In this document: piece by piece, positions 1-11,327 of the stretch
How positions within the stretch are numbered: the stretch's first letter is position 1
Layout of the letters: each line of letters begins with the position of its first letter
DNA from: an uncultured delta proteobacterium
GTDB lineage: Bacteria; Desulfobacterota; Binatia; Binatales; Binataceae
DNA: 64,000 nt
NCBI GenBank assembly: GCA_963808235.1
Contig: CAWEEQ010000004.1
Location: 2,112,001 to 2,176,000, forward strand
Direction: 5' to 3'
The notes under the pieces: model-generated
Database searches by the model: none
Told to the model about the DNA's origin: nothing
What the model saw: the letters and a program-made list of their open reading frames with translations, nothing else
Position numbers and translations under genes: made by a program

Positions 1-38
1 CCCGCAGCTATAATCAGAGTTTTCTTGAAAGCCTCCAT
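1..38 (-). CDS. 5' end of a probable secreted protein running off the window (MEAFKKTLIIAA...)
   Basis: ATG at 38 with purine-rich upstream (GAGAGGAAG); KK followed by hydrophobic residues resembles a signal peptide. Confidence 0.35.
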   Translation of the reverse strand, partial: MEAFKKTLIIAA

Positions 39-402
39 GGGGTCTTCCTCTCGTCAGCGCTCCGGAAATCTTCACTATTGAAGGCGTGAAAAGTGCCGTC
101 ACAAATCGTGCGTCGTGGGATTCTTTGCGTTTTGCATCCTTATGTGGGTGCTTAATTGTGTTAAGCAGCCACTTAAATCATGCACGCAAGAGCCATGCCC
201 GAACCCGTTCACGGCAAGCCTTGGAAATTTCTGCCGGCGCAACGTCCGCCGGGTCGCGAATGGCGAATTGCGAGAGGTCGCACCGTCTAGGCGCCGGGAG
301 GAAACTAAGAGCAGGCCGCTGGCAGCTACTCCGCTACCAGCGGCCCGCTCGGCTATGTCTGCTGTTCCGACGATACAGTCCTGGACCACTGTCGGACCTG
401 GC

Positions 403-759
403 TTACGGCGCGCAGACCGGGGTGCTGCACGGGCCCCCTGTAGGCCCCAGCGGATTCAACGTATTCAATTGGCCGCCCGTGGCCGTTCCCTGCACGCGCG
501 GGGTCACTGCCGGCACCAGCACCGCCCCGCTGGGCAGTACGGTGATTCCGTTCATTGTAATCGAACCGGGTACGTTCGTGGCGCCGACGCGGCCACCGAT
601 AGAGCCAGCCCTTACTGATCCCATCGAACCCATGCCGCCGACATGCGCACCACCGACTCCGCCCATCGCGCCCATCGCGCCGAACGCGAACGCCTGCTGC
701 GCGGATAGTGCAATCGCACCCACCAGCAGGGCTGTGTTGAAGGTCTTGGTTATGAACAT
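403..759 (-). CDS. Small secreted Gly-rich hypothetical protein
   Basis: Signal peptide ending AQQAFA; Gly/Met-rich mature N-terminus; two C-terminal Cys. Confidence 0.55.
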   Translation of the reverse strand: MFITKTFNTALLVGAIALSAQQAFAFGAMGAMGGVGGAHVGGMGSMGSVRAGSIGGRVGATNVPGSITMNGITVLPSGAVLVPAVTPRVQGTATGGQLNTLNPLGPTGGPCSTPVCAP

Positions 760-895
760 TCTCGCTCTCATTCTTCTACTTCGTCCTTTCCTTTTGCCAA
801 TTTAGCTTGGCAGCTTGTCTTCGAAACTCAGCTCGCAAGCATAGTTCGTTAGTGAGCTTGCTATAGTCGGTTAGTTAGCTTGCCTAAGTGCCACG

Positions 896-1768
896 TCATC
901 GATCGGCCCGATGCTCCGTCTCTCGCAATTCGAAGTCGGTGGAGACGCTCAACTCGTGCCACTTTCTGTCGGCTTCGATCCGCGCAAGGTCGTTCTGTTC
1001 GGCTCGGTGAACAGCGTCGCTGCCCAGTAGTAGCCGCAGTGGCGGCTCATCAAGGTTCGCAATATGCATGATGACCGCGGCCGCTTTGGCGGGATCGCCC
1101 GGCTGGGCGCCGTTATACTTGCGTTGGAATCGAGCCGTCGCTCCAACGGTGGAATCGTATTCGGGCCGGCCGCCACGGATGGTCGTGGAAGATCCCGCGA
1201 AGTCGGTGCGGAAACCACCCGGCTCGACGATCGTCACCTTGATTCCAAGTGGCGCGAGCTCTTTGGCAAGCACCTCCGAGAATCCTTCGACACCCCATTT
1301 GGCCGCCGAATAGGCACCACGGCCGGGCGACCCGTGTCGTCCTCCGATCGACGACAACTGGATGATGTGACCCGACCCTTGCTCTCGCATGAGCGGGATC
1401 GCAGCCTTGGTGACATTGATGACGCCAAAAAGATTGGTGTCGATCTGCGCGTGGAAGTCGGCCAGGCTCGTATCCTCGATCGATCCGACGTCGCCATAGC
1501 CGGCGTTGTTGACCAGCACGTCCAGGCGCCCGAACCCGTCGACACTCGCCCAGATCGCATCTCTTGCGGCGCGCGGATCAGTCACATCCAGCGCGACGAT
1601 GCGAACCTGGCCGTTGTAGCGTTGCACCAGGTCGGCGAGATGCATCGTATTGCGTGCCGTGGCAACCAGCCGTTGTCCTCCGGCGAGCACCGCTTCCGCG
1701 AGCGCGCGCCCGAGGCCGCGGGAACTGCCGGTGATCAACCATACCTTTGACATGCAAGCCTCACTCAA
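896..1768 (-). CDS. Short-chain dehydrogenase/reductase (SDR)
   Basis: TGSSRGLG, NNAG and YSAAK catalytic motifs. Confidence 0.95.
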   Translation of the reverse strand: MSEACMSKVWLITGSSRGLGRALAEAVLAGGQRLVATARNTMHLADLVQRYNGQVRIVALDVTDPRAARDAIWASVDGFGRLDVLVNNAGYGDVGSIEDTSLADFHAQIDTNLFGVINVTKAAIPLMREQGSGHIIQLSSIGGRHGSPGRGAYSAAKWGVEGFSEVLAKELAPLGIKVTIVEPGGFRTDFAGSSTTIRGGRPEYDSTVGATARFQRKYNGAQPGDPAKAAAVIMHIANLDEPPLRLLLGSDAVHRAEQNDLARIEADRKWHELSVSTDFELRETEHRADR

Positions 1769-1897
1769 TTACCCAGGTTGTGACTGCGTGGTGTTTGGTC
1801 TGGAAGACGCGGCCGTGATTGCTCTTTCTCAACCGCCGGCTCTGAGGGTGGCTTAACTAATCACTCCGTGCCCGTCCTGAAGGCGTGAAATTCGCGG

Positions 1898-2410
1898 CTA
1901 TCGCTCGGCGACTATTTCTGACAGGAACCAGGTTCGGCGCTCGGTCTCGTCGATCCAGTTCTCGATCAGGCTCGCGGTAGCAACGTCGTCATGCTGCTCG
2001 CAGACTTTATGCGCGGAACGCAGCTCTCGCGTCAGTTGCTGGTTGTCGTCACGAAGCTCGATCAGCATGTCGTTGGGCGGAACGAATTCGGCGTTGTTGT
2101 CTTTCAAGCGTTGATGCTCCGCGATGTCTCTGATCGAATGGATCGTAGTCCCGCCGATCTTGCGCGCGCGCTCGGCGATAGCATCGGTCATGGCGAAGAT
2201 CTGGGCAGACTGTTCGTCGAGCAGCAGATGGTAGTCGCGGAAATGCTTCCCGCTCATGTGCCAGTGGAAGTTCTTTGCCTTTACGTAGAGAGTGAACACG
2301 TCGGCCAGTAGTTTGCGGAGCTCACCCGAGACCTCCACCACTGCGTCTCCGCTGAGATCGGTCGGCGTTTCCCAAATGGTTTTCGTTCGCGCTGTGGAAT
2401 GGCTCTTCAT
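1898..2410 (-). CDS. dps: Dps family DNA starvation/stationary-phase protection protein
   Basis: KNFHWHMSG..HLLLDEQ..DAIAERAR ferroxidase signature. Confidence 0.95.
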   Translation of the reverse strand: MKSHSTARTKTIWETPTDLSGDAVVEVSGELRKLLADVFTLYVKAKNFHWHMSGKHFRDYHLLLDEQSAQIFAMTDAIAERARKIGGTTIHSIRDIAEHQRLKDNNAEFVPPNDMLIELRDDNQQLTRELRSAHKVCEQHDDVATASLIENWIDETERRTWFLSEIVAER

Positions 2411-2451
2411 TGCCTGTTCTCCTTTCAAGTTACGTTCAAATCACCGAACCT

Positions 2452-3966
2452 TCAGTCAGCGCCGCGCAATACCATGCGGCTGGGGCTTGATTCCCTGGCC
2501 GTCCGCGACGTTCGCCGCTTTGTCACTTCGTCTGCGATGCGGCGGCCATACTCCGGATCGGCCTTGCGAAAGTGCTCGACTGAGCGTTCGATGATGTCGT
2601 CGCGGCTCACTTGCGAGAGGCTCGCGGCGAGGTTCGCGATCAACCTGCCCTTCTCCACATCGCTCATCAGGCGGTAGAGATCTCCGGCCTGAACGAAGTC
2701 GCTGTCATCGCGATGATTCACTGGCGCGTGATTTCCGCTCAGGCCTGCGACCTCAATCGGTGCCCATAGCGGCGCACCGGTTTGCTGCGGACCTCCGAAG
2801 CTGTTGGGCTCATAGTTCTTCGCGCGCCCGTGATTGCCATCGGAGCGCATCGCCCCGTCGCGGCAGTAGTTGCGAGCTTCAGCCGCATGCGGCTGATTGA
2901 CCGGCAGCTGCATGTGATTTGCGCCTAGCCGGTAGCGATGCGTATCGCCGTAGGAGAACAGGCGGCCTTGCAACATCTTGTCGGGGGAGGGACCGATGCC
3001 CGGCACGAAATGAGCCGGATTGAAGGCCGCCTGTTCAACTTCGGCGAAATAATTTTCTGGATTGCGATTCAAAACGATTCTGCCGACCGTAGTCAGCGGG
3101 TACTCGCGATGCGACCAGACCTTGGTCACGTCAAACGGATTGAAGCGGTATTTCGTAGCCGCGGCCGCCGGCATGATCTGCATTTTGAGCGTCCACGACG
3201 GATACTGGGCGCAGCCGATCGCCCGCAGCAGATCGCGTTGATGATGGTCAGCGTCGTGGCCGGCTATGCGGGTCGCATCCTCGGCGATGAGACTCTTGAT
3301 CCCCTGCTCGGTCTTGAAATGATACTTCACCCAGAACACTTCGCCGCGCGCATTGACCCACTGGAAAGTGTGCGATCCGAAGCCGTCCATGTTGCGAAAG
3401 CTCGCGGGTATGCCGCGATCGCCGAACAGAATCGTGAACTGATGCGTCGCTTCGGGACTGAGCGAGAAAAAGTCCCAGATGTTGTCGGGCTCCTGGATGT
3501 TGGTGAAAGGGTCGCGCTTTTGCGAGTGGATAAAATCAGGAAATTTCAGCGGATCGCGGATGAAGAATACCGGCGTATTGTTGCCGACCAGGTCGTAGTT
3601 GCCGTCCTCGGTGTAAAACTTGATCGCAAATCCCCGCGGGTCGCGCACCGTGTCGGCTGAGCCCTTTTCGCCGGCCACGGTCGAGAAGCGAACGAATACC
3701 TCAGTTCGCTTTCCGACCGGAGCTAGAAATCTGGCCTTGGTCCACCGCGTCACATTGGCCAATACCTCGAAGTAGCCGTAAGCACCCGAGCCCTTCGCAT
3801 GCACGACGCGCTCGGGAATCCGCTCGCGATCGAAATGCGCGAGTTTCTCGATCAGATGATGGTCCTCGATTAGAACTGGTCCGGCCGGTCCCGCGGTGCG
3901 CGAGTTCTGATTGTCGGCGACCGGCGCTCCGTTATCGGTTGTCAGAACCTTCTTGGACTCCATCAC
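2452..3966 (-). CDS. katA: Monofunctional heme catalase
   Basis: [15 protein letters not shown] and RLFSYGDTH signatures. Confidence 0.97.
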   Translation of the reverse strand: MMESKKVLTTDNGAPVADNQNSRTAGPAGPVLIEDHHLIEKLAHFDRERIPERVVHAKGSGAYGYFEVLANVTRWTKARFLAPVGKRTEVFVRFSTVAGEKGSADTVRDPRGFAIKFYTEDGNYDLVGNNTPVFFIRDPLKFPDFIHSQKRDPFTNIQEPDNIWDFFSLSPEATHQFTILFGDRGIPASFRNMDGFGSHTFQWVNARGEVFWVKYHFKTEQGIKSLIAEDATRIAGHDADHHQRDLLRAIGCAQYPSWTLKMQIMPAAAATKYRFNPFDVTKVWSHREYPLTTVGRIVLNRNPENYFAEVEQAAFNPAHFVPGIGPSPDKMLQGRLFSYGDTHRYRLGANHMQLPVNQPHAAEARNYCRDGAMRSDGNHGRAKNYEPNSFGGPQQTGAPLWAPIEVAGLSGNHAPVNHRDDSDFVQAGDLYRLMSDVEKGRLIANLAASLSQVSRDDIIERSVEHFRKADPEYGRRIADEVTKRRTSRTARESSPSRMVLRGAD

Positions 3967-4007
3967 TCTTCTCCGCCTCGGCTGGCGCGGTTGTTACCCG
4001 TTAAAAG

Positions 4008-4313
4008 TTACCAAACCCAAACTGGCCGAAGCGCTTCATCGACCTGCTGCTGAGCGACCTGCTGTCCAGCTTCCATGCGCGCAACGACTTGTTCGATCTC
4101 GTAGCTCTTCTGCGCAAAGGCGGGGTTGTTTTTATTTCCCTCGCGAGCTTCGCGCTGCGCGGCGTCTGCGGCCTGCTGCAGATCGGCGATAGTCTGGGTG
4201 TCGGGCTGGGCGGCTGGGTAGCTTCTTGAAACTCCGACCGAGCCGGCCAGAACCGGCGTTGACAAAGCCAACGTCATCATTCCGGCGGCGAATATTATTG
4301 AAAGATTCTTCAT
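4008..4313 (-). CDS. Small secreted hypothetical protein
   Basis: AGGAGG RBS before MKNLSIIFAAGMMTLALSTPVLA signal peptide. Confidence 0.7.
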   Translation of the reverse strand: MKNLSIIFAAGMMTLALSTPVLAGSVGVSRSYPAAQPDTQTIADLQQAADAAQREAREGNKNNPAFAQKSYEIEQVVARMEAGQQVAQQQVDEALRPVWVW

Positions 4314-4427
4314 GATATGTAACCTCCTGCTCAATTGACCGGAGATGTGTGCCTGGTATTCCCGGTCTTTGGCCTCTTTCATCAAACAAGGCGTGAAAAT
4401 TGATCGCACAACCCTGGTGCGTATCGG

Positions 4428-5468
4428 TCAGCCGTTCTCCTGGATTCGCCGAGTCAATCGAGCGTCCTGCCGCCAGTTGACCGGCTTCGCGGGCGGCGCC
4501 ATGAACTCCGGTCCCACCGGATCCACGATTGCCGCTGCGGTGATGCGCACAATTTGCTCGCGATCTTCCGGGCTAAGATGCCATCCCGTCACCTCGTCGA
4601 CCGGAGCGAGTTGGTCGGGGCGACGGGCGCCCCATAGCGCCGCGCTGACTCCGGGCCTATCCAGAACCCACCTGAGCGCGAGGTGGATGACAGTCTTGCC
4701 GAAGTTTTCGCGCGCGAATCGATCCAGGCGCTCGACCGCCTCTAGGTAGTGGCCATAGCGGGGCTGCTGGAATTTTGGGTCGGTACGGCGCAGATCGTCG
4801 CCCTCGAAAACAGTCTCGGCCTTCATCCGCCCGCTCAACAGGCCGCGGCAGATCGAGCCGTACACCAGGGTCGAAATGCCGTACTGGAAACAATGCGGCA
4901 GCACGTCGCTCTCGATGCCGCGCTCGAAGAGATTGTAGGGCGGTTGCGCAGTATGAATCGGCGCCACCTTGCTGAACTGAATCATTTGCTCGGGCGAAAA
5001 ATTACTGACCCCGATCGCTCGAATCTTTCCCTGCTTGAAGAGCAGACCCATCGCCGCAGCCGTTTCTTCGATCGGCGTGGCGGGATCAGGCCAATGCACC
5101 TGGTAGATGTCGATCACGTCGGTCTTGAGTCTTCGCAGCGACGCCTCTACTTCCTTGAAGATCCGGCGGGGGCTGGCGTCGCGAATCGGCTGCGCTCCGC
5201 GCCAGTCCAGCCCGACCTTCGTCGCGAGGACCGTTTGATGCCGCAAGTTGCCTTCGGACAGCGCTTTGCCGACGATTTCTTCCGACCTGCCGAACCCGTA
5301 TACCGGCGCGGTATCGATCAGATTGATGCCATGATCGAACGCCGATCGAATCGTGCGAATCGATTCCTGCTCATCCGTTCCGCCCCACATCCATCCGCCG
5401 ATCGCCCAGGTTCCAAGACCGATCCGGGAAGCATCGATGCCCGTATTGCCAATTTTGCTGAACTCCAT
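4428..5468 (-). CDS. Aldo/keto reductase (general stress protein 69-like)
   Basis: GLGTW, DTAPVYG, IDIYQVHWPD and IGVSNF motifs. Confidence 0.95.
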   Translation of the reverse strand: MEFSKIGNTGIDASRIGLGTWAIGGWMWGGTDEQESIRTIRSAFDHGINLIDTAPVYGFGRSEEIVGKALSEGNLRHQTVLATKVGLDWRGAQPIRDASPRRIFKEVEASLRRLKTDVIDIYQVHWPDPATPIEETAAAMGLLFKQGKIRAIGVSNFSPEQMIQFSKVAPIHTAQPPYNLFERGIESDVLPHCFQYGISTLVYGSICRGLLSGRMKAETVFEGDDLRRTDPKFQQPRYGHYLEAVERLDRFARENFGKTVIHLALRWVLDRPGVSAALWGARRPDQLAPVDEVTGWHLSPEDREQIVRITAAAIVDPVGPEFMAPPAKPVNWRQDARLTRRIQENG

Positions 5469-5481
5469 TTTCTCTCTCCTG

Positions 5482-6677
5482 TTATGACTTGCTAGGACTT
5501 CCTTGCACCGGCTGGACCGCTTCGCCCTCGTGCGCTGCCTCGCCGACGTTCACCGCGATCTGCTCGCCCGGCTTAAGGTCACCGCTGACTTCGACCGTGT
5601 AGCCGTCGTCGTGCCCAAGCGTCACCTCAACCAGTTTGAGATGGTTGTCACGCACCACGGGCAAATAGATTTTGTCGTTACGGAATACGAGCGCGTCGTC
5701 GGGCGCGGTGAAGTTCGCGGTCGTCACGTGTGCGGTCATCTTCATGTTCGCGTACATCCCGGGAAACAAAGTTCGATCCTGGTTCGGCAGATCGACCTCG
5801 ACCTGCATGGTGCGCGTGGCTTGATCGAGCGCCTCGGGATGACGGGTGACGGTGCCCACGTATTTGCGGTTCGGATAGTCGATTACGGTTATCGTCGCGG
5901 GATCACCATCTTTGATAAGCGAGCCAAAGGTCTGCGGTACAAAAGCGTAGATTCTGAGCGGCGCCTGGCTTGCCAGCGAGACGATTGGCGAAGACGTGTT
6001 GTTAGTGGGTTGGAAAACCGCGTTCGGCGTCGCTGAGACGGGTGCGGTCGCCGCCGGAATCAAGGTGCCGGGATCGACGAAGCGCGCCGTCACGATGCCG
6101 TCAAAAGGTGCCCGCACTACCTCGTACTGCTGCATCGCTAGTTCTTGTTGGTAGGCCGCCCTGGCTTGGAGCATCGCGGAGTGAGTCTGGTCGGCGGTCT
6201 GTTGCGGAACGACCTGCTGGCGAACGAGTTCCTGGTTGCGTACGTCGGTGACGTTTTGAATCCAATAGAAGGAACGCGCATCCGCCACTTGTTTGTCCGT
6301 CTCCGGCGATTCGATGATTGCGATAACTTCACCCGCCGTGACGTGGTCGCCCTTGTCCACGTTGATGGTCTTCATGTAGCCGGGAACCTTCGCGTAGACC
6401 GGAGTTTCGATGTAGCCATGAATCGTGGCCGGAAGCTCGATCGTTCGCGAGGAGCCTTCCCAGATATCTGCGTCACCAGCACATGCGGTCCGCGCGCGAC
6501 GGTCTCAGTAAGTTGCGTCGTCTGGCGTGCAAGGAGCTGCTGCCGCGCCAGCACGAACCCACCCGAGACGCTGAAAGCGACAAATACCGCCGCAAACAAT
6601 CCGATCACGAGCAAACGGCCGGGCTTGCGCTGATTGCGATTCTCTTCTGCTGGCATAGCGTTGGTACTCATTGTCAT
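5482..6677 (-). CDS. RND efflux periplasmic adaptor (MFP), frameshifted near 6445-6455
   Basis: N-terminal TM (ORF 6372-6677) continues in another frame as TIELPATIHGYIETPVYAKVPGY into ORF 5482-6375, which has lipoyl/hairpin motifs (RAPFDGIV). Confidence 0.85.
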
Positions 6678-9600
6678 GCTCCTGGCTCTGCGATCGCTTG
6701 TACGCGTTCGTCGCGCTGACGCTTGGTGATGAGCGTGCGGCTGAAGATTGAATAGACCGCTGGCACCACGAACAGCGTCATCAGGGTTGCCGCAAAAAGT
6801 CCGCCGATCACGGCTCGACCCAGCGGCGCGTTTTGCTCCGAGCCCTCACCGAGCGCGAGCGCCATCGGCAGCATTCCCAGGATCATTGCGAGCGCCGTCA
6901 TGATGATCGGCCGGAAGCGGACGTGGCCTGCCTCGATCGCGGCCTCGACCGGCCCCATTCCTTCCTCGCGCATCTCGTTGGCGAAAGTGATGAGCAGGTT
7001 GCCATTGGCGACGCCCACGCCGACCGCCATGATCGCGCCCATCATCGACTCGACGTTGATCGTCGTGCCCGTCAGCACCAGCATCCAAAGCACGCCGGCC
7101 AGGGCGCCCGGAACCGCCATTATGATGATGAACGGCTCGAGCCAGGACTGAAAATTCGCGACCATCAGCAGATAGACGAGAACGATCGCGAGAATCAGCC
7201 CGAGGCCCATCGTCTTGAACGATTGGTTCATCGCCTGGCTCTGCCCGCGAATGACGACCTTGGTGCCGGCCGGTAGTTCGCCGAGACTGTCGATCGCCTT
7301 TTGCACCGCGCCGGTCGTACTGCCGAGGTCTCGTCCACTTACGCCGCAGTCCACGTCGATAACTCGCTGCACCGTGTAATGCGCGACCACCGCGGGGTCG
7401 TTGTTGTGACTGATAGAGGCAACGTTGCCGAGAAATTGCACCGCCTGCCCGCTGGTGCCATTGGTCAGCGGCGTATTGGCAATTTGATCGACCGACGCGG
7501 TCATCTGAATAGGCGCCTGGGTCACGACGTTGTAATTGACGCCGTTAACCGGATCGAGCCAGTAGTTCGGTGAGATGAGCGTGTTACCACTCAACGAAGA
7601 GAGCAGCCCTGACGCGACCTGCTGCTCGGTCACGCCCAGCTCGAGCGCTTTGGCCCGATCGACGTTGACCTTGAAGGACGGGTAGTCCAGCGGCTCCGCA
7701 ATCCGCATATCGGCGACGCCCGGAATCAGCGCCATCTTCGCTGCGAGGCGCGTCGCGATCTGGTAGTCGGAGTGGAGATCATTGCCGTTGATCTGAGCGT
7801 CGATAGCCGCCGGAAGTCCGAAGTTCAACACCTGATTCACGATGTCTGCGGCCATGAAGTAGCCTTCGACATTCGGAAACTGCGTAGCCATCATTTGGCG
7901 GATGCGATCCTGGTAGATCGCGGTCGGATGATGCTTCGGTTTGAGCTGGATGAGGATTTCGCCGTCCTGGGGGCCGAGGTTGTCGGTCGGAAAAAACGCG
8001 ATCGCATAAGGTTGCGGCAGATCGATGTCGTCGCTTATCTGCTGCAGCTCGTCAGCGGGAATTATCTGCCGAATCGCGCGTTCGATATCGTCAACAATCA
8101 AGGCGGTCCGTTCGATGCGTGTCCCGCTCGGCGCGCGCACGTGAAATTTCAGGAGTCCGGCGTCGACCGTCGGGAAGAAATCTTCGCCGGTTACGTACAG
8201 CAGCGGGAGCGTCCCCAGAATCATCAACCCGGCACATGTCAGTGACAGGCCGCGATGCGCGATGAAGCTGGTCACGCCCGACACGTAATGCTTGCGCAGC
8301 CGCTCGAAGCCGGCTTCGAACCCGCGCAGGAACCCGCTCCAGAATCCCGTGGTCGGGACCCCCTGGTGCTTCTCCGGCAGCAGGTAAGAGGCCATCGTCG
8401 GTACCAGCGTGCGCGACAGCAAGTACGAAGTCAGCATCGCGAAAACGACTGCAAGAGCGAGCGGAGTAAAAAGAAATCGGGCGACGCCGGTAAGCAGCAC
8501 GACCGGAAAAAAGACGATGCAGATGGAAAGTGTGCCGATGAATGTCGGCGTCGCGATCTGATGCGCACCGTCGAGAATCGCGACCAGCAGCGGCTTGTCC
8601 ATCGCGTGATTGCGATGAATGTTCTCGACCTCCACGGTCGCGTCGTCGACCAACATTCCGACCGCAAGCGCGATCCCGCCCAGCGTCATCGTGTTGATCG
8701 TCTGGCCCGCAAGGTGCAAGCACGCGATCGAAGTGAGGATCGAGAGCGGTATCGACGCGATCACGATCAGCATGCTGCTCGGCGAACCGATGAACACCAG
8801 CACCATCAACGCCACCAACGCCGCCGCGATCACCGCCTCGCGCACGACTTCCCACAGCGACGCACGAACGAAGGCGGACTGATCGAAGGTGAGCGCCACC
8901 TTGAGGCCCTTGGGCGCAACCGCAAGAATTTCAGGGATGCGATTCCGCACCGCATCGACTACTGACAGCGTTGACGCGGCCGCGTGCTTGATCACGAGCA
9001 GGAAAGTCGCAGGACGCCCGTCGATACGTACGACGTTGCTCTGCGGCTGATGCGTATCGCTGACCGGTGCGATATCGCCAAGAAAGATCGGAATGCCGTT
9101 GGTTACCCTTATCGGCAGCCGGTTGAACTCAGACACCTTGCTCGGATTCATGTTCAGGTCGACGTCGTACTCGTAGTTGCCCATGCGAGCGGTGCCCGAG
9201 GGGATGACGACGTTGGTCGTCGAGAGCGCATTGCCGATATCTACCGGCGACAGCCCGTTGGCATACATCTGTTTTGGATCGAGGTTGACGACGACCGCGC
9301 GCTGAACGCCGCCGATCGGAGCAGGCGACGAAAATCCAGGTATCGTGAAAAGTTGCAGCCGAATGAAATTCAGACCGTAGTCAAAGAGCTGCTGTTGCGA
9401 GAGCGTCTCGCTATAGATGTTGAGTTGTGCAACCGGAACGTTCGCCGCGTTGTAGGAAATGATATTCGGAGCCGTCGTGCCGGTCGGAGCCTGGCGCAGG
9501 ATTGTCTCCGAGACCGAGTCGATTTGCGCGATCGCGGCGCCGATATCGGTGCCCGGCTGGAAATAAACCTTGAGTATGCCGATTCCGAGAATTGACTCAG

Positions 9601-9850
9601 ATTCGATGTGCTCGATTCCGTCAACGGTGGTCGAATAGGCCCGCTCGCTGATGATCACGAGCCGGCGCTCCATGTCGACCGCGTTCAGCCCGGGATAGCT
9701 CCAAACCACCATCACCACCGGCAGATTGATCGCCGGGAAGATGTCCACGTTCATCATGGTGAACGACAAGACACCCATCACCAGCATCAGCATCGCCATG
9801 ACCGCTACTGACAGCGGACGCCGCAGCGCGAGTCGAACGATCCACATCAT
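6674..9850 (-). CDS. RND efflux permease (AcrB/AcrD/AcrF family)
   Basis: 1058 aa; GMLVDDATVEVEN and RFRPIIMTALAMILGMLP motifs. Confidence 0.96.
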   Translation of the reverse strand: MMWIVRLALRRPLSVAVMAMLMLVMGVLSFTMMNVDIFPAINLPVVMVVWSYPGLNAVDMERRLVIISERAYSTTVDGIEHIESESILGIGILKVYFQPGTDIGAAIAQIDSVSETILRQAPTGTTAPNIISYNAANVPVAQLNIYSETLSQQQLFDYGLNFIRLQLFTIPGFSSPAPIGGVQRAVVVNLDPKQMYANGLSPVDIGNALSTTNVVIPSGTARMGNYEYDVDLNMNPSKVSEFNRLPIRVTNGIPIFLGDIAPVSDTHQPQSNVVRIDGRPATFLLVIKHAAASTLSVVDAVRNRIPEILAVAPKGLKVALTFDQSAFVRASLWEVVREAVIAAALVALMVLVFIGSPSSMLIVIASIPLSILTSIACLHLAGQTINTMTLGGIALAVGMLVDDATVEVENIHRNHAMDKPLLVAILDGAHQIATPTFIGTLSICIVFFPVVLLTGVARFLFTPLALAVVFAMLTSYLLSRTLVPTMASYLLPEKHQGVPTTGFWSGFLRGFEAGFERLRKHYVSGVTSFIAHRGLSLTCAGLMILGTLPLLYVTGEDFFPTVDAGLLKFHVRAPSGTRIERTALIVDDIERAIRQIIPADELQQISDDIDLPQPYAIAFFPTDNLGPQDGEILIQLKPKHHPTAIYQDRIRQMMATQFPNVEGYFMAADIVNQVLNFGLPAAIDAQINGNDLHSDYQIATRLAAKMALIPGVADMRIAEPLDYPSFKVNVDRAKALELGVTEQQVASGLLSSLSGNTLISPNYWLDPVNGVNYNVVTQAPIQMTASVDQIANTPLTNGTSGQAVQFLGNVASISHNNDPAVVAHYTVQRVIDVDCGVSGRDLGSTTGAVQKAIDSLGELPAGTKVVIRGQSQAMNQSFKTMGLGLILAIVLVYLLMVANFQSWLEPFIIIMAVPGALAGVLWMLVLTGTTINVESMMGAIMAVGVGVANGNLLITFANEMREEGMGPVEAAIEAGHVRFRPIIMTALAMILGMLPMALALGEGSEQNAPLGRAVIGGLFAATLMTLFVVPAVYSIFSRTLITKRQRDERVQAIAEPGA

Positions 9851-9882
9851 GGCTGGTTTACCTCCCTGGAAGCGTCAATCGC

Positions 9883-10836
9883 TCATCGCGCGGCCGCAGC
9901 TTTCAGTCTTGAAGTCAGGCTGGCCGGCTCAGAATTCCCATGGACCCGCGCGAGGCGTTCCATTTCGCAGATCACGCTCGAGAAATCCTCGTCGCCATTG
10001 AGCGCAGTCCGCGCTGCATTAATCTGTAGCGCCGCCGCGGTTGTCGGCATCGGCGCACCCAGCTCACCTGCCTTCTCGAGAATCAATCTGAAGTCCTTGT
10101 TCATGAGGCGGAGCGGGAATTGAGGCGAATAGTCGTCGTGCCCGGCACGAATCAATTTGTTCTGATGTGCCGCGGACACCACCGCGGTCTTCGCGAGCAC
10201 CTCCAAAAGAAGTTCGCGATCGAGGCCCGCCTTTTCTCCGAACGCCACCGCTTCCGCGATCGCCTGCATATTCACCCCGAGCAACGCGTTCACCACCAGC
10301 TTCATCGTGGTCCCGGAACCGCTCGGCCCGAGAAGGAAATACTGCTTCGCCACTGCCGAGAAGATTGGTTGGCATGCGTCGAATGTGCGCGCGTCGCCGC
10401 CGCCGAGAAGCGTCAAAGCGCCCTGCTCCGCCGCGGGCGTGCTGCCCGAAATGGCGACGTCCAGAACTTCGAGCCCGCGCTCTACTCCCATCCGATGGAG
10501 CACTCGCGATGTATCTGGCGAGACCGTACTCATCTCGATCACGACGCTGCCGTGGTTCGCGCAAGCGAGAACTCCTTCCTCGCCTTGATAGACACTCAGC
10601 ACCGCTTCGTCAGTCGGCAGGCACGAGATGATCACTTCCGATTTTCGCGCGAGCTGGCGAAGGCTCGGCGCAACTATCGCTCCGAAGGAAGCGAGTTCTG
10701 CCGTCTTACGAATCGTGTGGTCGTATGCAAAAACCTGGAAGCCGCTATTCAGCAGTCGGCGCGCCATCAGCTGTCCCATGGCGCCAAGCCCGATGAATCC
10801 GATCGTGGAATGCTTGGTAATCATTGGTCCCTCCAT
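9883..10836 (-). CDS. NAD(P)-dependent beta-hydroxyacid dehydrogenase (3-hydroxyisobutyrate/6PGD family)
   Basis: IGFIGLGAMG, DVAISGS, GTTMKLVVN and MNKD motifs. Confidence 0.92.
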   Translation of the reverse strand: MEGPMITKHSTIGFIGLGAMGQLMARRLLNSGFQVFAYDHTIRKTAELASFGAIVAPSLRQLARKSEVIISCLPTDEAVLSVYQGEEGVLACANHGSVVIEMSTVSPDTSRVLHRMGVERGLEVLDVAISGSTPAAEQGALTLLGGGDARTFDACQPIFSAVAKQYFLLGPSGSGTTMKLVVNALLGVNMQAIAEAVAFGEKAGLDRELLLEVLAKTAVVSAAHQNKLIRAGHDDYSPQFPLRLMNKDFRLILEKAGELGAPMPTTAAALQINAARTALNGDEDFSSVICEMERLARVHGNSEPASLTSRLKAAAAR

Positions 10837-10856
10837 TAACTCCGCAGCGAGATTGG

Positions 10857-11141
10857 CTAGAGAATTCTGAACTTGATCAGGATCGAAAAGAGCGCCACGG
10901 CGAGCACGACGAGCCCGATCAGCATCAGGGAGTCCGCGGCCGCGGTCTCAGTGTAGGATCCGTACGGAATCGCGCGGGCGCGAAAATTCTTCGTTTGGTG
11001 ATTCGCTATCATTGTGAAGTACCGGTATCTGTCGAGTAATTTCGAGTCCATTTTCGTAAGCCTCCGATTCAAACTCTTCATCGCTTTCACTACAGAAGGC
11101 GTGAAAAATCGCGGCACAATCGGGCTGCGATGAGATTTCAC
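10857..11141 (-). CDS. Small hypothetical membrane protein
   Basis: C-terminal hydrophobic helix; co-oriented with the downstream operon; start uncertain. Confidence 0.35.
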   Translation of the reverse strand: MKSHRSPIVPRFFTPSVVKAMKSLNRRLTKMDSKLLDRYRYFTMIANHQTKNFRARAIPYGSYTETAAADSLMLIGLVVLAVALFSILIKFRIL

Positions 11142-11145
11142 GGCG

Positions 11146-11177
11146 GAAAGTTAAAAGTGAAAAGTGAAAAGTGAAAA
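11146..11177. repeat. Short tandem repeat of an AAAAGTG-like unit (about 4 copies)
   Basis: gaaagttaaaagtgaaaagtgaaaagtgaaaag read directly. Confidence 0.7.
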
Positions 11178-11327
11178 GGCGGCAGCTCCCGCATTCGGAG
11201 TGGCGGGCATCGGCGGATTTACGATGGATTCGTGAAGCAGAAGGGAAGTGCGCGCGAGAGCGAGGCTGCTGCTGCGAGCTGTTGGGTCAACGGAATTGCG
11301 ATGCGAGAAACCGGGTCCGACCCCTCG

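Noticed and set aside
86-805. 239-aa and other plus-strand ORFs, plus many long antisense ORFs over the catalase, RND and ABC genes
   Set aside because: Typical high-GC shadow ORFs opposite better-supported genes, with no motifs.
896-10836. Novel system in the Dps-catalase-AKR-RND block
   Set aside because: An ordinary general and oxidative stress gene grouping; nothing unexplained apart from small secreted hypotheticals.
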